Shown here in pieces: positions 41,356 to 50,279 of a stretch of DNA of 64,000 nucleotides; positions within the stretch are counted from its first letter, which is position 1; the number at the start of each line of letters is the position of its first letter. Both the position numbers and the translations under genes were made by a program. Source of the stretch: Thalassoglobus polymorphus. GTDB taxonomy: Bacteria; Planctomycetota; Planctomycetia; Planctomycetales; Planctomycetaceae. Below the pieces are notes generated by a model, which made no database searches, was not told where the DNA came from, and worked only from the letters and a program-made list of their open reading frames with translations. The stretch is taken from positions 1,985,500-2,049,499 of the forward strand of contig NZ_CP036267.1 in the NCBI RefSeq assembly GCF_007744255.1. The letters run 5' to 3'.

Positions 41356-41676
41356 ATGTCAGTTCAGGATCCTTGTATTGAAGCCTGTCAAAAATGTGCA
41401 GTTGCATGTGAGAATTGCTTGAGCGAGATGCTCGATGAGCAGAGTGATAACGATTGTCCTCGCTGCTGTCGTGAGTGCATCGACCTTTGTTTGCTGTGTG
41501 CGCAAGCAGTCGCGAGAAACAGTCGATTCAGCGAAGAGATCTGCAGACTGTGCGCCGATGCCTGTGAGTGGTGTGCTGAGCAGTGTGGAGCTCATGATCA
41601 TGATCACTGCCAGAAATGCGCAGAAGCGTGCCGCGCCTGCGTCAAAAGTTGTCGAAGCATGGCTCAAGCCTCTTAG
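41356..41676 (+). CDS. Cys-rich four-helix-bundle protein (DUF326 / Csp-like copper-binding family)
   Basis: 107 aa with 18 Cys in repeated CxxxC / CxxC spacings on predicted helices (CIEACQKCAVACENC...CPRCCRECIDLCLLCAQ...CRLCADACEWCAEQC...CQKCAEACRACVKSC). No signal peptide. AGGAAGGAG RBS. Confidence 0.75.
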   Translation: MSVQDPCIEACQKCAVACENCLSEMLDEQSDNDCPRCCRECIDLCLLCAQAVARNSRFSEEICRLCADACEWCAEQCGAHDHDHCQKCAEACRACVKSCRSMAQAS

Positions 41677-41850
41677 GCATTGTCTTGTTCATGGAAATCA
41701 CTCTTAGAACTTCATCGTTGGCTTACCACGAGACCGGACATGAAGCTGCGATTGGCTTTTGTCCGCAGTGAATCGCGGCTTATGTCGTTGCTTTTGAGTT
41801 TCCCTGCTTGAACGAACTCGAACGAATTAAAACCAAAACTGGAGCAGATC

Positions 41851-43263
41851 ATGTTTGTCCTGGAAACCGTTTTGACAGACGGAATTGCACAACTCTCGTA
41901 TTTCGTCGGCGACACAGAAACCGGTCGAGCTGCAGTGATCGATCCTCGCACCGACGTTGAAATCTATGAGGAGCTTGCTCGCAAACATGGCGTTTCAATT
42001 ACTCACATTTTTGAGACCCATATTCATGCCGACTTCGTCTCGGGGAGTCTTTCACTCTCTGCCAGACTGGGCACCGCCGAGATCTGGTTAAGTGGTGAAA
42101 ATGCAGGTTACCAATTCCCCGGAAATGTCATCAGCGACGGTGAGACGTTTGATTTCGGAGGTTTTCTTCTGGTCGCGCGCCACACACCCGGTCACACGCC
42201 AGAGCATCTTTCATTTGAAATTTGTGAAGCAAAGAATCCTGATCGACCTTTTGCAATTTTCACTGGTGATTCGCTCTTTGTTGGTTCAGCGGGGCGTCCA
42301 GATTTGCTAGGCGGGGATCAGACAGAAGCTCTGAGTGAAGACCTTTATCGGACATTGTATGACTATTATCTTAAGCTGGACGACTTCGTCACGATCTATC
42401 CCGGACACGGGGCTGGTTCAGCTTGTGGTGCCGATATCGGCGATCGGCTTTGCAGCACGATTGGTTATGAGCGTCGCACAAATGCTTTCTTGAAGTTCCC
42501 GGACTTGCAGACATTTCAAGAATTCGTAATCAACGATGCTCCGCCTGTACCGTGGCACTATCCTGAGCTGAAGAAGGTGAACGCCTCCGGCCCCGAAGTG
42601 ATGGATCGGCTGCCGACCATTCGCGCACTCCCCCCGGACAAGTTTCGCAAAGTCATGCGCGAAGCCGGCGTGGTCATTCTTGACACACGCTCAATGTTGG
42701 CGTTCGGAGGAGGTCATGTCTCAGGAGCTATCAACATTGGCGATCGACCGGAGATGTCGGCATGGGTTGGGCAACTGTTCGATTTGGATCAACGGTTGTT
42801 ACTGATTGTCGATGATGACAAAGAGGTCGAGCAGGTTCAGCGTCTTATTGTCAGGACCGGCCACTCACGGTTTGCTGGTTATCTGGCAGGTGGGATGAAG
42901 GCCTGGGAAGTCGCCGGCTTACCAATGGAGTCAACACGGCAAGTCACTGTCGAGGAGCTTCGTGAAATGCAGATAAGTGAGGGTGATTTTACACTCTTGG
43001 ATGTCCGTTCACCGGCTGAGTGGGAATCAGGACGCATTCCTGGAGCTCAGCATCAGTTTATTGCCGACATGCGTGACCGAATCAGTGGGTTGGACAAGGC
43101 GGGGCGATACATCACCTATTGCGCGAGCGGATACCGAGCCAGTATTGCATCAAGTTTGATGCAATCTCGTGGATTCTCGGATGTCTCCAATGTTCCGGGT
43201 AGCTGGGGTGCTTGGAAGGCAGTTGGGTATGACATCGAAAAACCGGAGGAGGCGACAGTATGA
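41851..43263 (+). CDS. metallo-beta-lactamase-fold persulfide dioxygenase fused to two rhodanese domains (CstB-like)
   Basis: N-terminal MBL motifs (ETHIHADFVSG, HTPGHTPEH, PGHGAGSACG) and two C-terminal rhodanese modules, the second with the active-site loop YCASGYRAS. Confidence 0.85.
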   Translation: MFVLETVLTDGIAQLSYFVGDTETGRAAVIDPRTDVEIYEELARKHGVSITHIFETHIHADFVSGSLSLSARLGTAEIWLSGENAGYQFPGNVISDGETFDFGGFLLVARHTPGHTPEHLSFEICEAKNPDRPFAIFTGDSLFVGSAGRPDLLGGDQTEALSEDLYRTLYDYYLKLDDFVTIYPGHGAGSACGADIGDRLCSTIGYERRTNAFLKFPDLQTFQEFVINDAPPVPWHYPELKKVNASGPEVMDRLPTIRALPPDKFRKVMREAGVVILDTRSMLAFGGGHVSGAINIGDRPEMSAWVGQLFDLDQRLLLIVDDDKEVEQVQRLIVRTGHSRFAGYLAGGMKAWEVAGLPMESTRQVTVEELREMQISEGDFTLLDVRSPAEWESGRIPGAQHQFIADMRDRISGLDKAGRYITYCASGYRASIASSLMQSRGFSDVSNVPGSWGAWKAVGYDIEKPEEATV

Positions 43264-43820
43264 ATATGATTCTTTCAAGGCTTTCAGTGTTGGGGGAGGC
43301 AGACCCTCTGCAATATCCCGGACCGGCCTGGTCACCGTACGTCGTCGGCGCTCTGATCGGTGTTTTGTCGATGTTCACATTCTATATCTCGAACAAACCG
43401 CTGGGGGCATCGACGGCCTACGCCCGGATATCGGGAATGCTCGGAGACCTCTTTACCCCTAAACATACTCGGTCGCTGAAGTATTTTCAGGACAACCCAC
43501 CTCGTCCTGGATGGGAGTTGATGCTTGTCTTCGGGGTGATCATCGGATCGTTCTTTGCAGCATGGAGTGGAGGCGAGTTCACAGGTCAGCTGCTACCGGC
43601 AATGTGGGTAGAGCGTTTCGGTGCAGACAGCAATTTGCTGCGGATCAGTGTTGCACTTGCGGGCGGTATGCTGATGGCATTTGGTGCTCGGATGGCAGGC
43701 GGATGCACAAGTGGTCATGGCATCAGCGGGACGTTGCAGCTGGGGATCGGTTCGTGGATCGCAGCGATCTGCTTCTTTGTTGGCGGCATCATCACAGCCA
43801 TGTTGATGTTCGGCCTGTAA
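43260..43820 (+). CDS. YeeE/YedE family sulfur-compound transporter, half-size paralog 1
   Basis: Four TM helices and the signature GGCTSGHGISG. Its ATG overlaps the upstream stop (ATGA), indicating translational coupling. Confidence 0.8.
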   Translation: MNMILSRLSVLGEADPLQYPGPAWSPYVVGALIGVLSMFTFYISNKPLGASTAYARISGMLGDLFTPKHTRSLKYFQDNPPRPGWELMLVFGVIIGSFFAAWSGGEFTGQLLPAMWVERFGADSNLLRISVALAGGMLMAFGARMAGGCTSGHGISGTLQLGIGSWIAAICFFVGGIITAMLMFGL

Positions 43821-43964
43821 GAATCACTAGAGTAGTTTGCTCCACCGTGAGCCCGTGAAGAACGTATTTCTCTAGTAAAAATGCTATTCGCCACGAGACA
43901 GAACTGTTAAGGCAAATCATAAAGATTCAGTCATCCCATGAACCAAAACTGTGGAGTATCGACA

Positions 43965-44579
43965 ATGGCCACGACGCTCGAAAAAACGCAACTCGACGAA
44001 GCACCCAAAAAAGAATCAGAAGAATCGGAAAGCAGAAATCCCGCTCCGACCAAGTCGCTCGTTCAGGGGCTTCTCTTTGGAGTGGTCTTCGGATTCCTGT
44101 TGCAAAAAGGTGGAGTCGCGAAGTTCCATGTTTTAATTGGTCAACTCCTGCTCGAAGATTTTACTGTCGTGAAGGTGATGCTCTCGGCAGTTGTTGTTGG
44201 GACATTAGGGGTTCATTTAATGCATCATCTGAAGCTTGTTGAGCTACATGTTAAACCAACACGAATCGCATCGAATGTCATCGGAGGTTTGCTCTTCGGA
44301 GCTGGCTTCGCGTTGTCAGCTTACTGTCCCGGAACCGGTGCAGCTGCATTGGGGCAAGGTAATTTCGATGCACTTGCGATGGTTGCTGGCATGATCGCCG
44401 GTTCGTTCATGTTTGCAGAAGCCTCGAGCTGGATCAGTCGAAACATCGATCCGATGGGAGATCAAGGCAAGCTGACTTTACATGACATTCTGCCGTTCAA
44501 TCGGGCTGTCGTCGTCATCGGCAGCGCAGCGATCCTGGCTGTTGTATTGGCCATTCTCGAAGTGACCACGGTCCGTTAG
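43965..44579 (+). CDS. YeeE/YedE family sulfur-compound transporter, half-size paralog 2
   Basis: TM protein with AYCPGTGAAALGQG (the second-repeat YeeE motif). Start at MATTLEK is preceded by GGAG. Confidence 0.75.
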   Translation: MATTLEKTQLDEAPKKESEESESRNPAPTKSLVQGLLFGVVFGFLLQKGGVAKFHVLIGQLLLEDFTVVKVMLSAVVVGTLGVHLMHHLKLVELHVKPTRIASNVIGGLLFGAGFALSAYCPGTGAAALGQGNFDALAMVAGMIAGSFMFAEASSWISRNIDPMGDQGKLTLHDILPFNRAVVVIGSAAILAVVLAILEVTTVR

Positions 44580-44667
44580 AGCATTTCCAATGCTTCTCTT
44601 CTCCGCGAAGTACGTTTTCACAAGTTCATACGCTGATGCCACGCGACAGTACTGTTAAGACGAGTTT

Positions 44668-44746
44668 TAGAACTGATCCTGAAACCTGAACTTGTGCTCT
44701 TAAACACTGAGAAAAGTCATCATTCCACAAGTTTCCGGACTGGTTC
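44668..44746 (+). repeat. Dispersed ~79-nt structured repeat, family 1, copy C
   Basis: TAGAACTGATCCTGAAACCTGAACTTGTGCTCTTAAACACTGAGAAAAGTC...CCGGACTGGTTCC. Lies 89 nt downstream of the second yeeE-like gene. Confidence 0.7.
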
Positions 44747-45431
44747 CAGATTTGCTCTAGGTGGACATAGACATTGAGCGATTCTCTCAACAGTTGAAGA
44801 GGAAGATTTCTGACAGCGAGCTGGAAGAGGCACGCTTTCGCCGGAGATGTTTTCAAGAAGCCACTTGACCACCCGGTCAATGAAGCTGCTTCTCTTGAGC
44901 AACAGATGCCGCGTCTGGATGGCGACCAGACTGCAATTCGTTTCTCGGAAAGTCGATCGACTCAGCTCAGGTTGTCGAAGCTGTTTCACGACTCACCCCG
45001 TCAACGGACTCTCCCGTCCTTGGTAAGACCGACTCTGACTGGCTTGGTTTCATCTACAAAGGTTCGTCTGCCTGATAAAGCGAGTCGACGTCACGATGGT
45101 TGCTCAGCGACCACGCTGATTGCGGGGCGACCGTAAATCGTTATAGCACGGCGAGACGTTGCTGGCTGAGAATTCCTGGCGGGGATTTGAAGCGGGGCAG
45201 ATACGTTTTCATATGTTTCAAATGGTACGAACATTCAGAAGGTCGATAAAGGAGTTGGTATGCGCTTTGCATTTCTGTATTGACGAGTGAGCTGAAGAGC
45301 TTGAACAAGCACTGAAGTAGATTGAGCTTCGCTAAATAGGATCCATCACCAAGGCGTTTTTCAATCTCTTCTCTCACTCTGTTTTACACTTTGCTCATTT
45401 GTTTTTTTGCCATACATCAAAGAGGATAAAA

Positions 45432-45941
45432 ATGCCTTACGTTCCCCCTCTGGAAATTGAAGAAGCCCCGGAAGATTCGAAACCATTGCTCAAAGCAATC
45501 AAGGAGAAATTTGGGAAGTCACTAAACTTATTCAGCACATTAGCTCATCAGCCGGATGTTCTCGGCGGTGTCACCCAGATCAATGACGGCATTCAAAATG
45601 ACTTGCCAGATCTTTATCGGGAACTGGCATATTATAAGGTCTCACGGGTTAATTCATGCGACTACTGCTCACATTACCATCGCCAGGCTGCTAAGAAAGC
45701 GGGGCTGTCGGAGGAGCAGCTCGATTCAATGGACGTTAACTCCAAGCTGTTCGATGATAAAGAGCGTGTCATTTTGAGTTATGCTGAAGAACTTACGAAG
45801 ACGAAGAAAGTCGATCCTCAGGTGATGGCGAACTTGAAGAACTTTCTTGACGAACAGCAAATCGTCACGCTGGCTGCAACGGTCGCGTTTGCGAATTTCA
45901 CAAATCGAGTCAACCACGGATTGGACATTGAATTGCCATGA
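45432..45941 (+). CDS. carboxymuconolactone decarboxylase / AhpD-like family protein
   Basis: CxxCxxxH motif (NSCDYCSHYH) in an AhpD-like helical fold. GAGGA RBS. The stop overlaps the next gene start (ATGA). Confidence 0.8.
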   Translation: MPYVPPLEIEEAPEDSKPLLKAIKEKFGKSLNLFSTLAHQPDVLGGVTQINDGIQNDLPDLYRELAYYKVSRVNSCDYCSHYHRQAAKKAGLSEEQLDSMDVNSKLFDDKERVILSYAEELTKTKKVDPQVMANLKNFLDEQQIVTLAATVAFANFTNRVNHGLDIELP

Positions 45942-47290
45942 ATTCATCTCATTTTGACGTCATTGTACTCGGGACGGGACCGGCTGGCTCAACGATTGCA
46001 CGCAAGGCCGCGAAGTCTGGACACAACACTGCGATTATCGAATCGCGAGAATTCGGTGGAACGTGTGCCCTGCGCGGCTGCAATCCTAAGAAGGTCTATG
46101 TGAATGCTGCGTCCATCGTTGATCAGGTTCAGAGAGCGGATGGAAAACTGATTAACGACTGTGGAGTTGCAATCGACTGGGCGCAGTTACTGGCATTCAA
46201 AAAAACATTCACTGAGCCTGTCGCAGAAAAGAGCGAAAGGTCGTTTCATGATGACGGGATCGCGACATTTCAGGGCATTCCGGCATTCACAAGTCAGAAT
46301 GAAATTACGGTCAACGAGCTGAGACTCAGGGCCAAAAAAATCGTCATCGCAACCGGGGCAAAACCGGCACCACTCGACATCCCAGGTGAAGAATGGGTCA
46401 TTCAAAGTGACCAGTTTATGGAGTTAAAGAGTCTTCCAGATCGTGTCTTGTTTGTCGGTGGTGGATATGTTTCGATGGAGTTTGCACATGTCGTTGCTCG
46501 TTGCGGCAAGTCAGTGACAGTTGTCGATCATCACGAACGAGTTCTTAACAGCTTCGATCCTGACTTAGTCAAACTGCTTCAGGGATATTCCGAAAAGTGC
46601 GGAATTCGCTTTCGATTTGGAAGTCGGGTCGTCGCCGTTGAAATTGCAGCGGAAGATTCTCTGAAGGTCGTTCTGGAGGGAGGGGACACCATTGACTGTG
46701 ATCTGGTTGTCCACGGAGCTGGGCGGGTTCCAAGTATTTCCGATCTTCAACTTGAAGCCGGTAACGTCAAATATGAAGCAAATGGAATCGTTGTCGACGA
46801 TTCTATGCGGAGCGTTTCAAACCCGGATGTCTATGCCGCCGGAGACTGTGCAGCGAGCGGACAGCCGAAACTGACCCCCACCGCAAACGAGGAAGCCCGT
46901 ATCATTGCGAAGAATTTATTCGCAGACAATCCTGAGCTCCAACCAAGTTACGGTCAGATCCCCCAGGTTGTATTCACAATTCCCTCAATTGCAGCAGTCG
47001 GAATGTCTGAGCAGCAGGCTCGAGAGATGAGCCCAGATATCGACGTCCGATTTAATGAGACGTCGAGATGGGGCAGTAACCGTAAGACCGGCGATACGGT
47101 TGCGGGCTTCAAAGTGATTCTCGACAAGCAATCCAACAAAATTCTAGGGGCCCACCTTCTCGGTCCTGATGCAGATGAAATGATCAACCTGTTTGCACTC
47201 GCGCAGCGTTTCAACCTGAGTGCCAAAGATTTGAAATCGGCACTCTTCGCCTTTCCCACCAGCTCTGCCGATTTGCGGCAAATGGTTTGA
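45938..47290 (+). CDS. class I FAD-dependent pyridine nucleotide-disulfide oxidoreductase (lipoamide dehydrogenase / glutathione reductase-like)
   Basis: FAD-binding DVIVLGTGPAG, redox-active disulfide GGTCALRGCNPKK, NAD(P)-binding VLFVGGGYVSMEF, and a C-terminal dimerisation domain. Confidence 0.9.
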   Translation: MNSSHFDVIVLGTGPAGSTIARKAAKSGHNTAIIESREFGGTCALRGCNPKKVYVNAASIVDQVQRADGKLINDCGVAIDWAQLLAFKKTFTEPVAEKSERSFHDDGIATFQGIPAFTSQNEITVNELRLRAKKIVIATGAKPAPLDIPGEEWVIQSDQFMELKSLPDRVLFVGGGYVSMEFAHVVARCGKSVTVVDHHERVLNSFDPDLVKLLQGYSEKCGIRFRFGSRVVAVEIAAEDSLKVVLEGGDTIDCDLVVHGAGRVPSISDLQLEAGNVKYEANGIVVDDSMRSVSNPDVYAAGDCAASGQPKLTPTANEEARIIAKNLFADNPELQPSYGQIPQVVFTIPSIAAVGMSEQQAREMSPDIDVRFNETSRWGSNRKTGDTVAGFKVILDKQSNKILGAHLLGPDADEMINLFALAQRFNLSAKDLKSALFAFPTSSADLRQMV

Positions 47291-47831
47291 CCGAACTGTC
47301 AGAGACAAATTTGCTCTCGCAAAATTCTGAATAAGAGTTCGGAGCTGAACAGAGTCACAACGCTTTCTGTGTCTCTGTTCACTTTCATGACGATTGCCTT
47401 CATGACGATTACCTGCCCAAAATACACAGGCGTTGCTCAGCTTTGAAAATCGTTCACGGTTCGAAAATCTGAAATGAAGAGTCAAGTCAAAGCCCCTTTT
47501 CATTTACTGCTATTGCCTTTCTGATGCCCCTCCCCCCCTGCTCTCCTCTTCCTCCCCCTGCTCTTCAATGCTCTCGCTGCTTGAGGTCCCCGTTTTACTG
47601 CCTCTCGCAAGGATTGCGATGAGTCTTCTACTGCCGAATTTCATGAACATCACAGCATCACCTTGCAGAGTCGGATGTCCTGTTTCTAAAGTGAACGGCT
47701 TGATCTGGAAAACAAGGACGTTAGAAGCAGTCTCAAGACCTATGGAATTGCGATCTTTCTCTGTATCAGAGAAGTGAACAGCAAGATTTGAGACCAGTTC
47801 TAAAACGTTCAGAGCTTGTCGAGGAGTTGTT

Positions 47832-50279
47832 ATGAGAGTTTGCTGTCACAGCATCTCTATTGTGGTTTTTGTTTCTCTCTGTGTCATTCAGTCTTCGTCG
47901 CATGTTCACGCCGAGCCTGCGAAGCATTTCATCGCAGCCTTTGACCGGTTTGGGAAGCATGACGAAATTGATGAAGCCCTCACCCGCGAATTATTAATCA
48001 CGGAGTTGAGTTGTACTGCATGTCATCAATCGGATGAGGAAGCCCTTGTTGCTAAAGGAGGGCCGAATCTTGAGGGAGCCGGGACCCGTCTTTCAGCGGA
48101 ATGGCTGCACGACTATCTCATTAACCCGCAAGGAGTGAAGCCGGGGACAACGATGCCGGACGTCCTGCATGGGCTCTCCGATGCTGAGAAAGAAAAGGTC
48201 GCAGTTGCACTCACTGCATTTTTATCTACGCAGCAAAGTCCTTTCCCGCAACTCAAAGCCACAGGGCTGATCCCGGTCACTCATGAATTCTGGCTGAAAG
48301 GATCTGTTGAAGAAGGTGGCAAGCTTTATCATTCCGTCGGATGCGTCGCCTGTCATGCACCCGATTCCGATTTCGAAACAGCTGGAAGCACTTCTTCGGC
48401 GCTTGACAGGTTGATCGAACAACTTGACCCAGAGGAATTAAAAGAACTGGGCTTGAGTGGAGCAGCGCGGACTGTCAATTCGATTCCACATGGCGATTTA
48501 AACAAGAAGTACACTCTTCTTTCACTCTCCCATTTTCTCCATAACCCAGACCGTGACCGTCCATCGGGCCGCATGCCAAATCTCAAGCTGCTTCCCTCTG
48601 AAGCAGCTGATATTGCGGCCTATTTGCTACGCAGCCAAAAAAAATCTGCAGCAAGCATTGTTCCATCCCAGGATGCGCAACTCATCGCAGAAGGGAAAAA
48701 GTATTTTATGGAACTTCGTTGTGTGAACTGCCACAACATCAAGGGAATCGAATCGAATCCCGCGAAGACGCCACTTGCGAATCTGAATTTGAAGTCTGAA
48801 CAATCCTGTTTTACGAACTCGACTATGAAACAACCGGCGTATGTTTTAAGCGAAGAACAGATAACAAAACTTGTTGCGGATTCTGACAAGAGTGAATCGC
48901 AGGCGACTGCCAGCCACCACGATCTACGAATGTTGCAGTTAAATTGCTTCGCCTGTCACGAACGGGATACGCTTGGCGGCGTGGGCCGGAAGCGTCAACA
49001 ATATTTTGAAACGGTCGGTCATGTTGATATCGGTGACGAAGGTCGTTTGCCGCCCTCCCTCACACATGTTGGCAAGAAGTTGACTCCGTCGTGGTTTGCG
49101 AGGGTTCTGGATGGAAAAGGCGATATCCGTCCCCACATGACAATTCGGATGCCGATTTTCTCAAAAGCTTTGACACGACAGCTTCCCAAGCAAATTGCCA
49201 TTGCGGACGAGGTGAATGCAGCGAGTGAAAAGGAAGTCTTTGGCGACCTTGCAAATCTGGCTCAGCCTGGCCGGCAACTTCTCAATACCGGATGCATCCA
49301 GTGTCATCCGCTGCGAGGGGAAAGTTTGGCGAGTGTCGTCGGGACAGATTTGAACGGTGTTCACAATCGTGTTCGACCTGCCTGGTTCAAAGAATTCCTG
49401 CGGAATCCGATCGACCTGAAGCAACGGACGCGCATGCCGACCTTCTTTCCGAATGGAGTCAGTTCGAATCCGGATATTCTCGCCGGAGATGTCGATCAAC
49501 AAATCGCAGCGATTTGGGCGTACTTGAAAGAGAATGGAAAGCATCCACTCCCGGAGAAAATTCTGGAAGCTCGTTCAAAGAGTTTTGAACTCGTTCCAAC
49601 CGACAAGCCAATCGTGCTGCGAACCTTTATGGGCAAAGCAGGAATGCACGCAATCGCAGTTGGCTTTCCTGAGAAAATTCACTTTGCCTTTGATGCAGAA
49701 ACGTGTCAATTGGTCGAAGCCTGGAAAGGTCGTTTCCTTGATGCTCACGGAACCTGGTTCGACCGATTCACCCCCTTGGCTGAACCACTCGGGACAAATC
49801 GGATTGACTTTCACAATTCTCTCTCATACGGCAACTCCAAACCTGGCGGCGGAAGCACTGATGTGCTTCAGCATTTTGGAAAACTGATAAAAAAAGATTT
49901 TGTTGGGTATCAACTCGATCAGGCCGGGATTCCAACCTTCCGTTACAAGATGGGGGGATACTTAATCGAAGAACGTATCGTTCCTGCCAAGAGTGGAGAA
50001 CTGCATCGTCAGTTTGTGATCAAAAGCTCAGCCGAGGAAACAACGGTCGAAACTTCAAAGGTCGTATTCCTGTTCAAGCTCCTGACTGGGAAGAAGATTG
50101 AAAAGGTCGATGACAAGACATTCGTCAACGAGAGCGGACTAACGGTGAAGTTACCCGCCAACTCTCCTTTGACACCTTACGTGATGCACACTCCTGAGAG
50201 GCCGCTTGAAAATTTTTGCCTCTCCACAATCCACTCTCAACCTGAACGAATTGAATTTGAGGTCGTTTACAAATGGTGA
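47832..50279 (+). CDS. secreted multihaem c-type cytochrome domain protein (planctomycete type)
   Basis: Signal peptide. Five CxxCH motifs (CTACH, CVACH, CVNCH, CFACH, CIQCH). 815 aa. Confidence 0.8.
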   Translation: MRVCCHSISIVVFVSLCVIQSSSHVHAEPAKHFIAAFDRFGKHDEIDEALTRELLITELSCTACHQSDEEALVAKGGPNLEGAGTRLSAEWLHDYLINPQGVKPGTTMPDVLHGLSDAEKEKVAVALTAFLSTQQSPFPQLKATGLIPVTHEFWLKGSVEEGGKLYHSVGCVACHAPDSDFETAGSTSSALDRLIEQLDPEELKELGLSGAARTVNSIPHGDLNKKYTLLSLSHFLHNPDRDRPSGRMPNLKLLPSEAADIAAYLLRSQKKSAASIVPSQDAQLIAEGKKYFMELRCVNCHNIKGIESNPAKTPLANLNLKSEQSCFTNSTMKQPAYVLSEEQITKLVADSDKSESQATASHHDLRMLQLNCFACHERDTLGGVGRKRQQYFETVGHVDIGDEGRLPPSLTHVGKKLTPSWFARVLDGKGDIRPHMTIRMPIFSKALTRQLPKQIAIADEVNAASEKEVFGDLANLAQPGRQLLNTGCIQCHPLRGESLASVVGTDLNGVHNRVRPAWFKEFLRNPIDLKQRTRMPTFFPNGVSSNPDILAGDVDQQIAAIWAYLKENGKHPLPEKILEARSKSFELVPTDKPIVLRTFMGKAGMHAIAVGFPEKIHFAFDAETCQLVEAWKGRFLDAHGTWFDRFTPLAEPLGTNRIDFHNSLSYGNSKPGGGSTDVLQHFGKLIKKDFVGYQLDQAGIPTFRYKMGGYLIEERIVPAKSGELHRQFVIKSSAEETTVETSKVVFLFKLLTGKKIEKVDDKTFVNESGLTVKLPANSPLTPYVMHTPERPLENFCLSTIHSQPERIEFEVVYKW

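Noticed and set aside
43260-44579. Split YeeE/YedE as a pseudogene (frameshifted single gene)
   Set aside because: Each half has its own start (one ATGA-coupled, one with GGAG RBS), an intact signature motif, and a 140-bp spacer. Two-gene half-size YeeE/YedE pairs are a known arrangement.
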